A stretch of 63,681 bases of DNA, counting the filler, from Octopus bimaculoides (lineage: Eukaryota), in NCBI RefSeq assembly GCF_001194135.2. It is 5 parts of 4 records of this genome, joined end to end, with 100 filler letters (N's around TTAATTAATTAA, not from the genome) between each part and the next. Parts side by side here need not be neighbours in the genome. Positions count along the whole stretch, not along the records: positions 33,735 to 50,181 come from NC_068986.1; positions 50,282 to 63,681 come from NC_068984.1; 3 more parts are not named here. The stretch is one strand, 5' to 3'. A program made the position numbers and the translations under genes. The notes under the pieces are model-generated. The model had not been told where the DNA came from, did not search any database, and worked only from the letters and a program-made list of their open reading frames with translations. Of the stretch, positions 38,787 to 51,180 are shown piece by piece (position 1 is the stretch's first letter; every line of letters begins with the position of its first letter).

Positions 38787-39814
38787 AAATATACCATAAA
38801 TAATTATAGAAAATGGAGGATAAAAACATGTTGCATTAAAATTAGATTTAATACAAATTAGGATTCTTTACATACGCACGTTTCAAAGTACAACACAAAT
38901 ATGTAAGAAAAAATTATAATCATAGTAATTATAATTAAATTTATGCATTCTCATTCTCCTCAATGTGGTGAATTTTTGGAAGGACATCAAAAATGGTTTA
39001 ATAAAATAAAGCAAATTAAAATAAGATACATTAATGGAGAATACAAAAGGGGTAATAGGGAAAAATCGGATATTTACAAGCAAGTTGTAAAAGGGAGAAA
39101 ATAACAGTAATAATAATAGTGAGAGGGGCGAAAGAAAAAAGGACAGACATATCAATGTGTATGCACAACTATATGTGCAGTAAACTATAACACAAAAATA
39201 AGAATAAAAAAACTAACGGATATTCTTTTTTTAATGGTAACAAGTCGAGACGAAGTATAATGTAAACAGGGCCACGTGTGTATTGTAGAATATAGTACAC
39301 CGGTTACGTTATATTCTACTATACGCACGTGGTCCTGTTTACATTATACTTCGTCTCGACCTGTTGCCATTTTTTAAAATATACCCGTTAACCTTTCATT
39401 CTTATTATGTCATAGTTTACTGCACATATACACGTGCATACAAATTGATATGTCTGTCCTTTTTTTTCTTTCGCCTCACTCACTATTATTATTACTGTTA
39501 TTTTTCCCTTTTACAACTTGCTTGTAAGTATCTGATTTTTCCCTATTACCCCTTTTGTCTTCTCCCTTATTGCATCTTATTTTACTTTACTTTATTCTAT
39601 TAAATCATTGTTGATGTCCTTCCAAAACTTCTTCACAGTGATGAGAATGACAATGCATGAATTTAATTATAATTACTATGATTATAATTTTTTGTTACAT
39701 ATTTGTATTGTCCTTTGCAACACTTGTATGTAATGAATCCTAATTTGTATTAAATCAAATTTTCATGCAACATCGTTTTCTCCTCCATTTTTCTATAATT
39801 GTTTATGGTATTTT
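38787..39814. mobile_element. About 1-kb foldback palindrome (about 510-bp arms, 15-nt spacer at 39295-39309)
   Basis: Arms are reverse complements throughout, for example perfect 27 bp at 39244-39270 and 39334-39360, and ATACCATAAA (38791) with TTTATGGTAT (39802). Confidence 0.93.
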
Positions 39815-39879
39815 ACAATATTTTGGAAACATATGCTTTATTCGTCAAGTTAAAACAAAAGCTGCCAAGCATTCAAAGT

Positions 39880-40235
39880 GTCGCTTAGTTTGTTTTTTTT
39901 GCCAGTTCTTTCGTCCCACGCTGTTACTAATTCTTGTCGTTAGAACCTAAGGAGTCCTTTACTGAAGCCTCCACCTCTCCTTGGTTTATAAAGAGTCGCA
40001 AAGACTGAAAGTGTGTCATGGTCCGGAACCAGCAATAATCCGAAGGGTTTGGTCCAGACTATATGGTAGGTTTGGCATCACTTCGATTTTCTCAAGTCCT
40101 TGGTGTTTATTCCGGGTCGTTCGACTGGTACGAGGTCTTGTATTGTCTTGTTGAAGAAAATCTCGCTTTCTGTCAATCAATGACAGATTTTTTTTTTTTT
40201 TTTGCTGTAGAGTGGCATACATCCGTAAGATTCCG
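39880..40235 (-). mobile_element. Mariner transposase C-terminal relic
   Basis: FLQQDNTRPRT..IEVMPNLPYSLD..PSDYCWFRTM matches the mariner QxDNAxxH..YSPDLAPSD motifs. Confidence 0.88.
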
Positions 40236-40245
40236 NNNNNNNNNN

Positions 40246-40279
<34 letters not shown>

Positions 40280-40730
40280 TTTATATATATAATAAAATAC
40301 ACCTTGCAGCATGTTGTTTAAAGCCCGTCCACAATATTCGGCTACCTGATGTCAACAACAACAACATATGCATTATAACTCAGTTTCTTTATGTTCATGG
40401 ATAGTATGCTACAATAACTAACATGTATTGTTATAGAAATAAACGATACTGCAAGTAAAAAATGAGGTACCTTTTGAAAAGTAACCCAAAGAGTCGCACC
40501 TGAACCTATGATGCATGGCAATTGTTTGTACAGAATTTGACATGTATGATACGGGTGGATGATGGGTCGAAACAATCATAGTAGTTCTCAATAAAGTGTT
40601 TCGGCAATTCCATTTTCTGTCTCTTACATGTTTCATACATTATATACATATAACTGCAAAATGTAACAGCATGTGATTGTTAGCCATTCTTTTACTCCTT
40701 CGTCTTGGACGTTCATGCTTATTCTGTTTC

Positions 40731-40830
40731 CAAAGAAGAGCTATGCTCGAAACGTGAAATTCTTTTCTTTCTCTGAGCGTCTTATTAATACATTGTTTGT
40801 GCCACATCTACATGTTCATTAGTAAAAGAC
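40731..40830 (+). mobile_element. Penelope-type repeat relic with a broken hammerhead core
   Basis: GAAGAG-CTATG-CTC-GAAACGT..CTGAGCGTC.TA.TAATACAT is homologous to the reverse complement of 48500-48565. Confidence 0.55.
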
Positions 40831-41159
40831 GGTATGTAATTGTATTTCTTCGAAATTTTTTTGTTTTTCCTTAAAATAGGGCAAATAACCAGCAATAAAC
40901 CAAAGCACCAAGCTCCCCTTAAATTGTCGAGATTTACAAAATTATGTGGAAGGTGCCCTAATTGTGAAAGAAGAATAAAGAGAATCAGGTGGGGCTTGTA
41001 ACACAAGTAAAAGACAAACATGCATTTGAAAACGGGTAAGAAGTAAAAGCAAGACTTGCAGAAGATAAATAAGTAGGAGACGAGGGAGCACGAGAGGAAA
41101 ATAAAGTAGTGGAAATAATAGATGCAATGGACGATAAAGAATCGGATGAAGAAGAAAAG

Positions 41160-41175
41160 AAAAAGAAGCAGCAGC

Positions 41176-41234
<59 letters not shown>

Positions 41235-41290
41235 ATAAAGGAGGAGGAGGAGGAGGAGGAAATAAAGGAGGAGGAAATAAAGGAGGAGGT
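41160..41290 (+). repeat. (AGT)n and (GGA)n microsatellites
   Basis: Directly visible. Confidence 0.95.
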
Positions 41291-41874
41291 AAAACGAGTT
41301 AGTGGAAAGGATGCAGCGGACTAAATAAAGGCGCTCGTTAATCGTTTCCATATTTGGAAGTAAGTGAGTTAGCAAAGTTTATGGTCAGAGCAATTATGCA
41401 GAAGGGGGGAAAAATTGACCCCTGTCTTTTGGTTAGATATCATAACATGAATATATTTTCTCGCTAACACTTTGTCCTCACACATATCTCGTCTCTTCAA
41501 TATCAATTTCGTTAGCTTTAAATTTGCTTCTTCCTCGCCACCATGTTGTTACCACTCCCATATCAGAGGCGGTGGCTGTAGCGGTGGCTGTGGCGGTGGT
41601 GGCGGTGGTGGTGGCGGTGACGGTGGTGGTTGTGGTGGTGGTCAACAAGGGTCAAATTAAAGTTTTATGACCAATACACTAATCAGTGAAGACCTAGACT
41701 GATAACAGGATTAAGGATCTCGAAGTTTACAAAGCATAGCAATCAGGAAATTATCTGATCTGACTGATGTATTGAAGTGGATGGAAGGTGTGGAAATGTT
41801 TGTGCGTGTATATGTGTATGTATTCATGTATGTGTATGCGTGTGTGTTTGAGTTGGTTGCGCATCTGGTATTAT

Positions 41875-42084
41875 TTTATTCTTTTACTTGTTTCAGTCAT
41901 TTAACTGCGGCCATGCTGGAGCACCAACTTTTTTTAGTCGAGCAAATCGACCCAGGACTTGTTCTTTTTAAGCCTAATACTTATACTATCTGTCTATTTT
42001 GGCCGACCCACTAAGTTACGGGTACGTAAGCACACCAGCATCGCATTTCAAGCGATGTTGGGGGGACAAACACAGACACACAAA

Positions 42085-42122
<38 letters not shown>

Positions 42123-42294
42123 TATATACGACAGGTTTCTTTCAGTTACCGTCTACCAAATCCACTCACAAGGATTTTGTCGGCGCGAGGCTATCATAGA
42201 ACACACTTGCCCAAAGTACCACGCAGTGGGAAAGAACCCGGAATCATGTGGTTGGTAAGCAAGCTACTTAGCACACAGTAATTCCTGCGCCTAT
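41875..42294 (-). mobile_element. SINE family A, full length
   Basis: Reverse complement starts ATAGGCGCAGGAATTACTGTGTGCTAAGTAGCTTGCTTAC and ends AAGTAAAAGAATAAAA. Confidence 0.93.
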
Positions 42295-42906
42295 AGGAGT
42301 CACTCCCACTCCTATGGGAAATTATTCATAAATATTCGTGAGCATTGACCGAGAGTAACGACAGAACATGCTGGATCATATGTGATGACTCTATATACAT
42401 ATATGTGTGTATGTGTGTGTGTCTAAGCATTTATATATAGCTATATATGTGAATGCATGTGTAGATGCATATATATACATGCACACAAAAGGTCATGCAC
42501 TAGCATTCAGTCAAATGCCTGAGACAAGTAAAAGAAGAAAGACAATAGTAATACACACACACAGACACACACACTTACACACACAGACACACACTCTTAC
42601 ACACATATACATGTATGTATATGCATACGTAAATGTATATATATGTAATGTGTATGTTTATGTGAGTGTATGCGTTCGTGTTTTTTTATTTTTTTGGCGT
42701 ATCTGTCTATCAATCTATCTACCTCGTCAAAATAAGTAACAAGAATATCCAAAATTAATGCAGATCTATCTATCTATCTATCCATATAGTATAATGTATA
42801 ATTAAATATGTTTACCCATGCTTATATAAAGACGCTAACACACATACTCACAGACATTCACGAACTGAAGCACGCGCTTGCACACACAGACACATAGACA
42901 CACACA

Positions 42907-42986
<80 letters not shown>

Positions 42987-42987
<1 letters not shown>

Positions 42988-43104
42988 GATGGATTTCTTT
43001 CAGTTTCCATCTTTATATCCACTCGCAAGTTGTTGGTCAGTCGGAAACTGTAGTAGAGAACACTTGCCAAAGGTACCACGCAATGGTACTTGTTCGAATA
43101 TGTG
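42987..43104 (-). mobile_element. SINE family A 5' half, diverged
   Basis: TTCTTTCAGTTTCCATC..CCACTCGCAAG..CACTTGCCAAAGGTACCACGCA. Confidence 0.7.
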
Positions 43105-43247
43105 ATTTGCCACTGGTGGCAAATTTACCAATTGAACAGAGGAGAATCTGTTCTTGGTTAGATTAAATTAAAGAAACTGCGTAATGAATCTCATTTGGAG
43201 AGCAGTGGATCTCGAATTAAATAAGCTTCTCATATTTACACACTATC

Positions 43248-43460
43248 GGGCGACGAACTGGCAGAACCGTTAGCACGCCGGGCAAAATGATTAGCGGTAT
43301 TTCATCTGTCTCAACGTTCTAAGTTCAAATTCCACCGAGGTCGACTTTGAAATTCATCCTTTCAAGGTTGATAAAATAAGTAGTAGTTGAACACTGGGAA
43401 TGATGTAACGACTTACGCCCTCCCACCTAATTGCTGGCATTGTGCCAAAAATTCTAACCA
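43248..43460 (+). mobile_element. SINE family D, near full length
   Basis: A-box-like TGGCAGAACCG, B-box GTTCAAATTCC, GTCGACTTTG..TTGATAAAATAAGTA. Confidence 0.88.
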
Positions 43461-43588
43461 CGCTATTTTTTGCAACTTATTTGCTCCGAGATTCATCGTT
43501 CTCAAGAAAGTAAAATAAAATAAAAAGCAGTCACTACACAGTAATTTCCCTTTGTTTTAACGGTCATTTTTCACAGGAATTTTCAATG

Positions 43589-43658
43589 GCCGGATAACTG
43601 AAGAGATGTTGGCGTTGGCTCCCACCCTGGCATCCGAAACTCGGAGTTTTATCATGGC
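43589..43658 (+). ncRNA. Type I hammerhead ribozyme, near-intact
   Basis: Stem I GATAA/TTATC plus GCC/GGC; core CTGAAGA (43598-43604); stem II GATGTTGG/CTGGCATC (8 bp with G.U, one extra C); GAAA (43636-43639); stem III CT-CGG-AG; GUU triplet, predicted cut after 43648. Confidence 0.72.
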
Positions 43659-43680
43659 TACTGAATAAATGTGACATATG

Positions 43681-43770
<90 letters not shown>

Positions 43771-44253
43771 ATTCTAAATTTGGGTTCACACCATGTAGTA
43801 TGCCATTTAAACACCCTTCAATATATTCTGCAACAAGATACCATCCACAGTATAGATACCATTGGATTTACTTTAGGAATTTCTTCGAATTCGTAGAGTT
43901 TATAACATATGAGTGAGAAAAAAAATGGAATTCGCGAGATTATTAATCACTGCGATCGTTTCGACCCATCGTGCATTGATTCATCATAGGTGAGAAACTG
44001 CACAAATAGTTGTGGTGCATCATTTGTTGCATGTGAATCTTGCCAAGTGACTTGTCAAAAGGTACCTCTTTTTTTTTTTAATCACCGTTTCGCTTATTTC
44101 GATTAGAATACATTTTAGTAGTTGTCTGTATCTACTCGCATTCTGGAGAAGCTTCAGTGAAAATCACGATAGGTTGAAACAATGGTAGTGATCAAAACAG
44201 TATCTTATATATATATACCAAGGTGAGACACACATAAGAAAGAAGGAAACAAA

Positions 44254-44298
44254 GGACCACTGATGAGGTCACAGAAGTGTGACGAAAGAACTCTGGCC
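44254..44298 (+). ncRNA. Minimal type I hammerhead motif
   Basis: CCA-CTGATGA-G-GTCAC-agaagt-GTGAC-GAAA-G-AA-C-TC-TGG; stem II is off register by one base. Confidence 0.6.
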
Positions 44299-44454
44299 GA
44301 AATAAGATTAAGATTAATGTAATATAACGCTGAAGCAAATTAACACTAAATATACAGTGCGTGTGTTTTTATTGGCTAAACTGGCAATATGACCATCCCC
44401 AAGTACAACATCTGTTTCAACACACGATTTCATATCAAAAATCTTGCACAACAA

Positions 44455-44491
<37 letters not shown>

Positions 44492-45492
44492 CATGGACGT
44501 ATTTAAGTACATATTGCTTCGATATCGAATATAATCGATGTTCTTTTTTCCAGTCTCTGCTAGACATCGCTAGTATATTCTCTATAGAATTATTTAAGAA
44601 ACATATACGTATTTTCTCTTCATACACCTAGTTAAATATTCTGTGAAATGTTAAAGAAAGTCCGAAAATTCACTCGTCTAGAAGCAACTCCATGTGTCTG
44701 AGTCATGTTATAAAATATATCTGTCGGTTCATAGTAATAATTGCAACTCATAATACGTAATCTCTGAAAGGCCTGGTATCTACTTATATACGGATTAATT
44801 TCGTAGATGCTAGCCAAATTCGTTTGAGTTACATCTGTATATCAATCTAAGCAGGTATGCATTCATCTACCTAGTTATCCGTTTATTCGCGCATACACAT
44901 GAATACACACACACACACACACACACACAAGCACACATGTGCATATATTCGTATTCTTATATGTTATCCATTTCTCCATCTGTGATCACTTAGTGCCTGT
45001 GAGTATCACTATCAGCCTGCCACATATCATATAAATATATATATATATATATATATACACATACATACTCGTACATGCATATATATATCTATCNNNNNNN
45101 NNNNNNNNNNNNNNNNNNNNNNNNNNNNNNNNNNNNNNNNNNNNNNNNNNNNNNNNNNNNNNNNNNNNNNNNNNNNNNNNNNNNNNNNNNNNNNNNNNNN
45201 NNNNNNNNNNNNNNNNNNNNNNNNNNNNNNNNNNNNNNNNNNNNNNNNNNNNNNNNNNNNNNNNNNNNNNNNNNNNNNNNNNNNNNNNNNNNNNNNNNNN
45301 NNNNNNNNNNNNNNNNNNNNNNNNNNNNNNNNNNNNNNNNNNNNNNNNNNNNNNNNNNNNNNNNNNNNNNNNNNNNNNNNNNNNNNNNNNNNNNNNNNNN
45401 NNNNNNNNNNNNNNNNNNNNNNNNNNNNNNNNNNNNNNNNNNNNNNNNNNNNNNNNNNNNNNNNNNNNNNNNNNNNNNNNNNNTATATATAT

Positions 45493-45563
<71 letters not shown>

Positions 45564-46114
45564 CACACGCACACACATATATAGGTGCATACACACAGTG
45601 TAAATTGTACGGTAGTGAAGTAAAACGAATTGTGAAGAACAAATAATATTTATAACAACAAAAAACAACAGCCACAACAACAAATATTTGAATAAATGTA
45701 GCTAGATTGAGATTTTGCTGACAGTTTTTGGTGGTGATGGGCGTGTGCAGAATTTATCCAAAATTATTGCTTCGCTTCTGACAGCATAATTCCAGTTCAC
45801 TTGCAACATGATTCCTCAGTCAAAGATTTTGGCATTTCCTCTAATAACTATTGATATTCTAACTTTGGCTGGCATTAACAGTCGATTCTTAATTTTATTT
45901 TTTTTAACTTTATTGTATATTTTCACTTCCGTCGTCTTAAAAGAACAACTGATTCGACGGGAAGCTGGGAAACGTTGATGCTTCCATATGAAATATATGT
46001 ACTTTTGATACCGTAACGTTTCAGATTGCAGCTTAAAGGATAGATAGTAAGTAGTATGACGTAATTTACTAGATGGATGTACGGTTAGTGCGGTGGCGGT
46101 GGTGGTGGTGGTGG

Positions 46115-46209
<95 letters not shown>

Positions 46210-46870
46210 CATCTGTCTGTCTCACTATCTCTCTGTCTATCTGTCTGCTTGTCAGTGTATCTATCTATCTCTCCGCCAGTCTATCTATTTGTCTATTTAT
46301 ATGTCTGTCTGTGTATCTGTATGTCTAGATCTGTCACTGTCTGGATATATTTCTCTTTCTCTCTCTCTCNNNNNNNNNNNNNNNNNNNNNNNNNNNNNNN
46401 NNNNNNNNNNNNNNNNNNNNNNNNNNNNNNNNNNNNNNNNNNNNNNNNNNNNNNNNNNNNNNNNNNNNNNNNNNNNNNNNNNNNNNNNNNNNNNNNNNNN
46501 NNNNNNNNNNNNNNNNNNNNNNNNNNNNNNNNNNNNNNNNNNNNNNNNNNNNNNNNNNNNNNNNNNNNNNNNNNNNNNNNNNNNNNNNNNNNNNNNNNNN
46601 NNNNNNNNNNNNNNNNNNNNNNNNNNNNNNNNNNNNNNNNNNNNNNNNNNNNNNNNNNNNNNNNNNNNNNNNNNNNNNNNNNNNNNNNNNNNNNNNNNNN
46701 NNNNNNNNNNNNNNNNNNNNNNNNNNNNNNNNNNNNNNNNNNNNNNNNNNNNNNNNNNNNNNNNNNNNNNNNNNNNNNNTATATTTGTGTGTATAGATAT
46801 ATGTGTATGTGCATATATATACGTATGTGTGTGTTTCTGTGCATGCATGCATGTATATGCGTATTGCGTT

Positions 46871-46917
<47 letters not shown>

Positions 46918-46918
46918 A

Positions 46919-47268
46919 CTGGGTGTCCGAGCTAAGTTGATAACATAACGTGTCTCCTTTTTTCAAGAACAGCTTTGATTTATTGGCATATATTCAACGG
47001 CGCTGGAGATATTTGAACGTTAAATTTGTAATTGACAAAATATTTGCTGACAGTGCGATTGCAAGCCATCTGAATATTGGAAAAGAGGTACCTGTATCAT
47101 GATGATTTGTGCCAGGTGTCAAAGTTAAAGGCGGCTACTGTGGGTTAACTGTTATCTACAAGCCATAATCTAGTTCATATTCTTTCAATTTTTTACAGTG
47201 CTTCGAGGTTTTTGGATGCCAAATTGTGCTTTCTTTTCCTTTTATGCAGACTTCTAAACATTGCCCGA

Positions 47269-47273
<5 letters not shown>
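46919..47273 (+). mobile_element. About 350-bp deletion derivative of the 4472-5356 maT-like family
   Basis: Shares AAGCCAT.TGAATATTGG..ATCATGATGATT, GCCATAATCTAGTT and TTTCTTTTCCTTTTATGCA with the reverse complement of 4472-5356; TIR-like TA|CTGGGTGTCCGAGCTAA. Confidence 0.82.
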
Positions 47274-47299
<26 letters not shown>

Positions 47300-47395
47300 T
47301 GCCAGCACACACACACACACACACGCACACACACGCACACACTTGCACACACTCTCACACACGCACACAGACACGCGCGCGCGCGCACACACACT

Positions 47396-47427
<32 letters not shown>

Positions 47428-47533
47428 AACATACATACATGATACATGCAAGCATGTATATACACCTGTACATTTACGGTGCTTTATTTAACTGAAAAGT
47501 AATACATTTGTATTTCAATATTCAACATTCAGA

Positions 47534-47625
47534 GCAGCGAGCTGCCAGAATAGTTAGCTCTCGGGGCGAAATGCTTACCGGTATCTCGACTCCCGTTACT
47601 TTCTGAGTTTAAATTCTGCCGAGTT
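47534..47625 (+). mobile_element. SINE family D 5' fragment
   Basis: GCGAGCTGCCAGAATAGTTAGC..GGCGAAATGCTTACCGGTAT..TTCTGAGTTTAAATTCTGCCGAG. Confidence 0.75.
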
Positions 47626-47689
47626 CTATGCTCCTAAATTAATTTGATCCCATTTGGAAAGAGGATATTCTGATATTACAACATGCTCT

Positions 47690-48420
47690 TCCCTCGGCAT
47701 CTTGTATTGGTGTAATTCTAAGCTGAAGTTCCCACGTATACAACAAGTTTAACTTGGCCCGCAAGATGTGCTCCTAGATCCTGAGAACTGTCTGGTCTAT
47801 AGATGCTCATAACATCATTCTTTTCTACTCTACTGTTGCTCGAATTCACCTTGAATACTGTTGCTGCTGTGGTCTCCCCACACGAGGCAAAGCATTATGA
47901 AAGTGGAAGCACTCCAGAAGTCAATAACAAGAAACAAAGACGGCATGGCAGCCATTGACTACTAGGGTCGACTAAAAAAACGCAATCTCTACTCATTCCA
48001 ATGCAGCCGTGAGCTCTACATCATTTGTGTGATGTGGAAATCAATATTGCACAAATGATGTTGGCATCAGTTTTAGAATTTGTCCCCGTGCTATCCGCCG
48101 ACTACAAAAATCGAACTCCAGACACATAACGACATTACAATACAACTACTATACCTCAACCGGTCCAGGTCTCTTTAATGTCATACCAAAATACATCAAA
48201 ACGGACAAAGATCCCATAAAATTCAAAAGTTCTCTAGACAAAGTTCACCAAAAATCTCGGACCAGCCTTCTATACTCGAATATGTCTCTATCAATAATAC
48301 ATCTTTGATAGAGTGGGCCATGTTGTCCCATATATGATGGAGGTGTGAATCACGATCTGAAAGATTTCACCAGGTGGCGCTATCAAGTTAGACGTGGCCT
48401 GAGCCAATGGTGAGCGAAAC
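47690..48420 (+). mobile_element. CR1/L2-type LINE 3' end (RT tail plus UTR)
   Basis: ..RIHLEYC..SPHTRQSIMKVEALQKSITR..GRLKKRNLYSFQCSRELYII..GPGLFNVIPKYIK..FKSSLDK. Confidence 0.85.
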
Positions 48421-48435
48421 CTATCTAAGTTATAT

Positions 48436-48660
48436 ATATATATATGGGAGAATGTACGAAAAATCAACAACAGACGAGGACAGGTGGTGTAAATAACAAA
48501 AGGATGTATTAGTATGACGCTCAGGAATACGGAAAGTATTTGACGTTTCGAGCTACGCTCTTCAACAGAAAGAATACGGAGACAAGGAGAAAAACACGGA
48601 GAAAAAAAATTGAATAGTGTTCAGTCAACGGTCAATCATAATAATGGCTAATAATGGCTG
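48436..48660 (-). mobile_element. Penelope-type repeat carrying a minimal hammerhead motif (48536-48573)
   Basis: Reverse complement TCTTTCTG-TTGAAGAG-CGTAG-CTC-GAAAC-GTC-AAATA; abuts (TA)n; homologous to 40731. Confidence 0.6.
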
Positions 48661-49165
48661 ACCGGAAGTTATAAATTCTTTTTTCAGGAGAGCTAAGAAA
48701 AGGGGGAGATAACAAACCGTGATCGAAGAACGAGGGGCTGTGTGTGGGAGAAGAAATTGGATGGGGTGGAGTGGGAAAGTAGAGTAGGAGTGTGTTGGGG
48801 TGTGGTGGGATGAGCTTATGAGGGGGTGTTGACGCTGGAGGGGGAAGGGGAATGTGGATGTAAGAGAGGGGGATGGGTATGGGAGGGGAGAGAAAGAGAG
48901 GAAGAGAAAGAGAGTGAGAGAGAGGGAAAGAGAGAAGAGAGTGAGAGTGAGAGAGTAAGGGTGAGAGAGTAAGAGTGTAGAGAGGAGAGAAAGAACACAC
49001 ACACACACACACGCACACATACACACACACACACACACACATATATATNNNNNNNNNNNNNNNNNNNNNNNNNNNNNNNNNNNNNNNNNNNNNNNNNNNN
49101 NNNNNNNNNNNNNNNNNNNNNNNNNNNNNNNNNNNNNNNNNNNNNNNNNNNNNNNNNNNNNNNNN

Positions 49166-49205
<40 letters not shown>

Positions 49206-50281
49206 GTATGTATATATATATACACACATACATATACATGTATATGTATATGTGAGAGAGTGAGAGAAAGTGAGAGAGAAAGCAAAGTAGAGGGAGACTG
49301 GTGGTGATCGGCGTCTGTGTGATTGAAGTAATCAGAAAGAATGACAGAAATTGTAAATTACATTGCCTTGAGTCATGGGGTTTCCGTTATTTAGGATATA
49401 CACTCACGTGCACAAATACATACATGTATACAGACATGCATACAGACATACACACATACATACATATTTATGTGTGTCCGTATGTATTTATGCATGTCTA
49501 TTAACGTGTGTATATACGTGTTAACAATAAAGTAAAATGTATATCATAGGAAGTCAGACAAAAATATGGAAAACAATTGGCAGGAAAATCTAGCGACCCT
49601 TTATTTAAAGAACATGTGTCAACAATGGTATGTTCTATAACTTCCACGAACAATCCACTTGTCACATTTCTCTTGTCATATAAATCGAATTTCAATCCAC
49701 TTGTCACAAATCACTTGACATATCAAGTGATTTTCGTAAAATTCGATTGTTGATCACAACCCTAACACACATCCTTCATTATGTAATCGTAAATTTGTGA
49801 CTTTCAGCGTATTCACTGGGGTAATTTTATAGAAATAAGAACATATCTCAAGTGAAATTGTGATGCACAACTTCGAAAATTAAATTAATTTGTGTGTGTG
49901 TGTTTGTGTGCCTGTGTGCGTGTGTATGTGTGTGTGTGTGTGTGTGTGTGCGTGCGTCCGTGTGTGCGTGCGTGCGTGTGTGCGTGTGTGTGTGTTTGGT
50001 CATCCCATAAATAATTAATTCGTTTTATTGGCCACAAGGGCTAATATCAATTAAAACATCTAAGAACAAAGACAGGACGAAGGTTACAAAACGTTTTGTC
50101 CGAAAAGGTAGGAAAGTTCGTCTAAACAGAGGAAGAAAACGGAGAAAGATGTAAGAAATAAATAGATAAATAAATAAATAANNNNNNNNNNNNNNNNNNN
50201 NNNNNNNNNNNNNNNNNNNNNNNNNTTAATTAATTAANNNNNNNNNNNNNNNNNNNNNNNNNNNNNNNNNNNNNNNNNNNN

Positions 50282-50361
<80 letters not shown>

Positions 50362-50379
50362 CGCACAGGGGTGAATATA

Positions 50380-50692
50380 TGTTAAGAAGTTTGCTACTCA
50401 ACCACATAGTTCAGTGTTCAGTCCGACTGCGTAGCACATTGTGCACGTATTTTCTACTATAGCCTCCATAAGACCAAAGCTGTTTGAGTGGATTTGGTAG
50501 ACGGAAACTGAAAGCAGCCTGTGCCGGTTAGTTGGTTAGTGTCTTTACATCCACGTAACTTACCGGTTCAGCAAAACAGATTGATAAAATAAGTGCTACG
50601 CTCAAAAAAATAAGTGCTGGCGTTGATTTGTTCGACTAAGACTCCACATGAGGTCACTCCAGCATGACTGAATCAAGTAAAAGAATAAAAGA
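50380..50692 (+). mobile_element. SINE family A, diverged
   Basis: GAGTGGATTTGGTAGACGGAAACTGAAAG..GATTTGTTCGACTAA..AAGTAAAAGAATAAAAGA. Confidence 0.85.
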
Positions 50693-51072
50693 CTATACAT
50701 GTTTATACATATATATATATAATAATATTATTAGGGACAAAATCCAAAATTATATGTGATAGTGGATTTTCATCGATGAGTTCTTGAAAATTGGTTATTT
50801 TCCCTAAAACTATATATATATATATANNNNNNNNNNNNNNNNNNNNNNNNNNNNNNNNNNNNNNNNNNNNNNNNNNNNNNNNNNNNNNNNNNNNNNNNNN
50901 NNNNNNNNNNNNNNNNNNNNNNNNNNNNNNNNNNNNNNNNNNNNNNNNNNNNNNNNNNNNNNNNNNNNNNNNNNNNNNNNNNNNNNNNNNNNNGTATATG
51001 CACATACAAATATGCATACACACACGCATATCTATAGCCAAAAGAGATAGATTGAAAGATTATATATATATA

Positions 51073-51180
51073 CAGTGGCGGACTGGCCGGGTTGCCAGCT
51101 TGCCCGATGGCAAGTGGGCTCCTGCGCCATTAGAATCCATATATGGGGGCCCATGTTAGTATCTAAGGGACCCATCCCCT
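51073..51180 (+). mobile_element. Possible hAT-like element end
   Basis: CAGTGGCGGACTGGCC..TTGCCCGATGGCAAGTGGGC, a GC-rich terminus after (TA)n; partner end not found. Confidence 0.4.
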
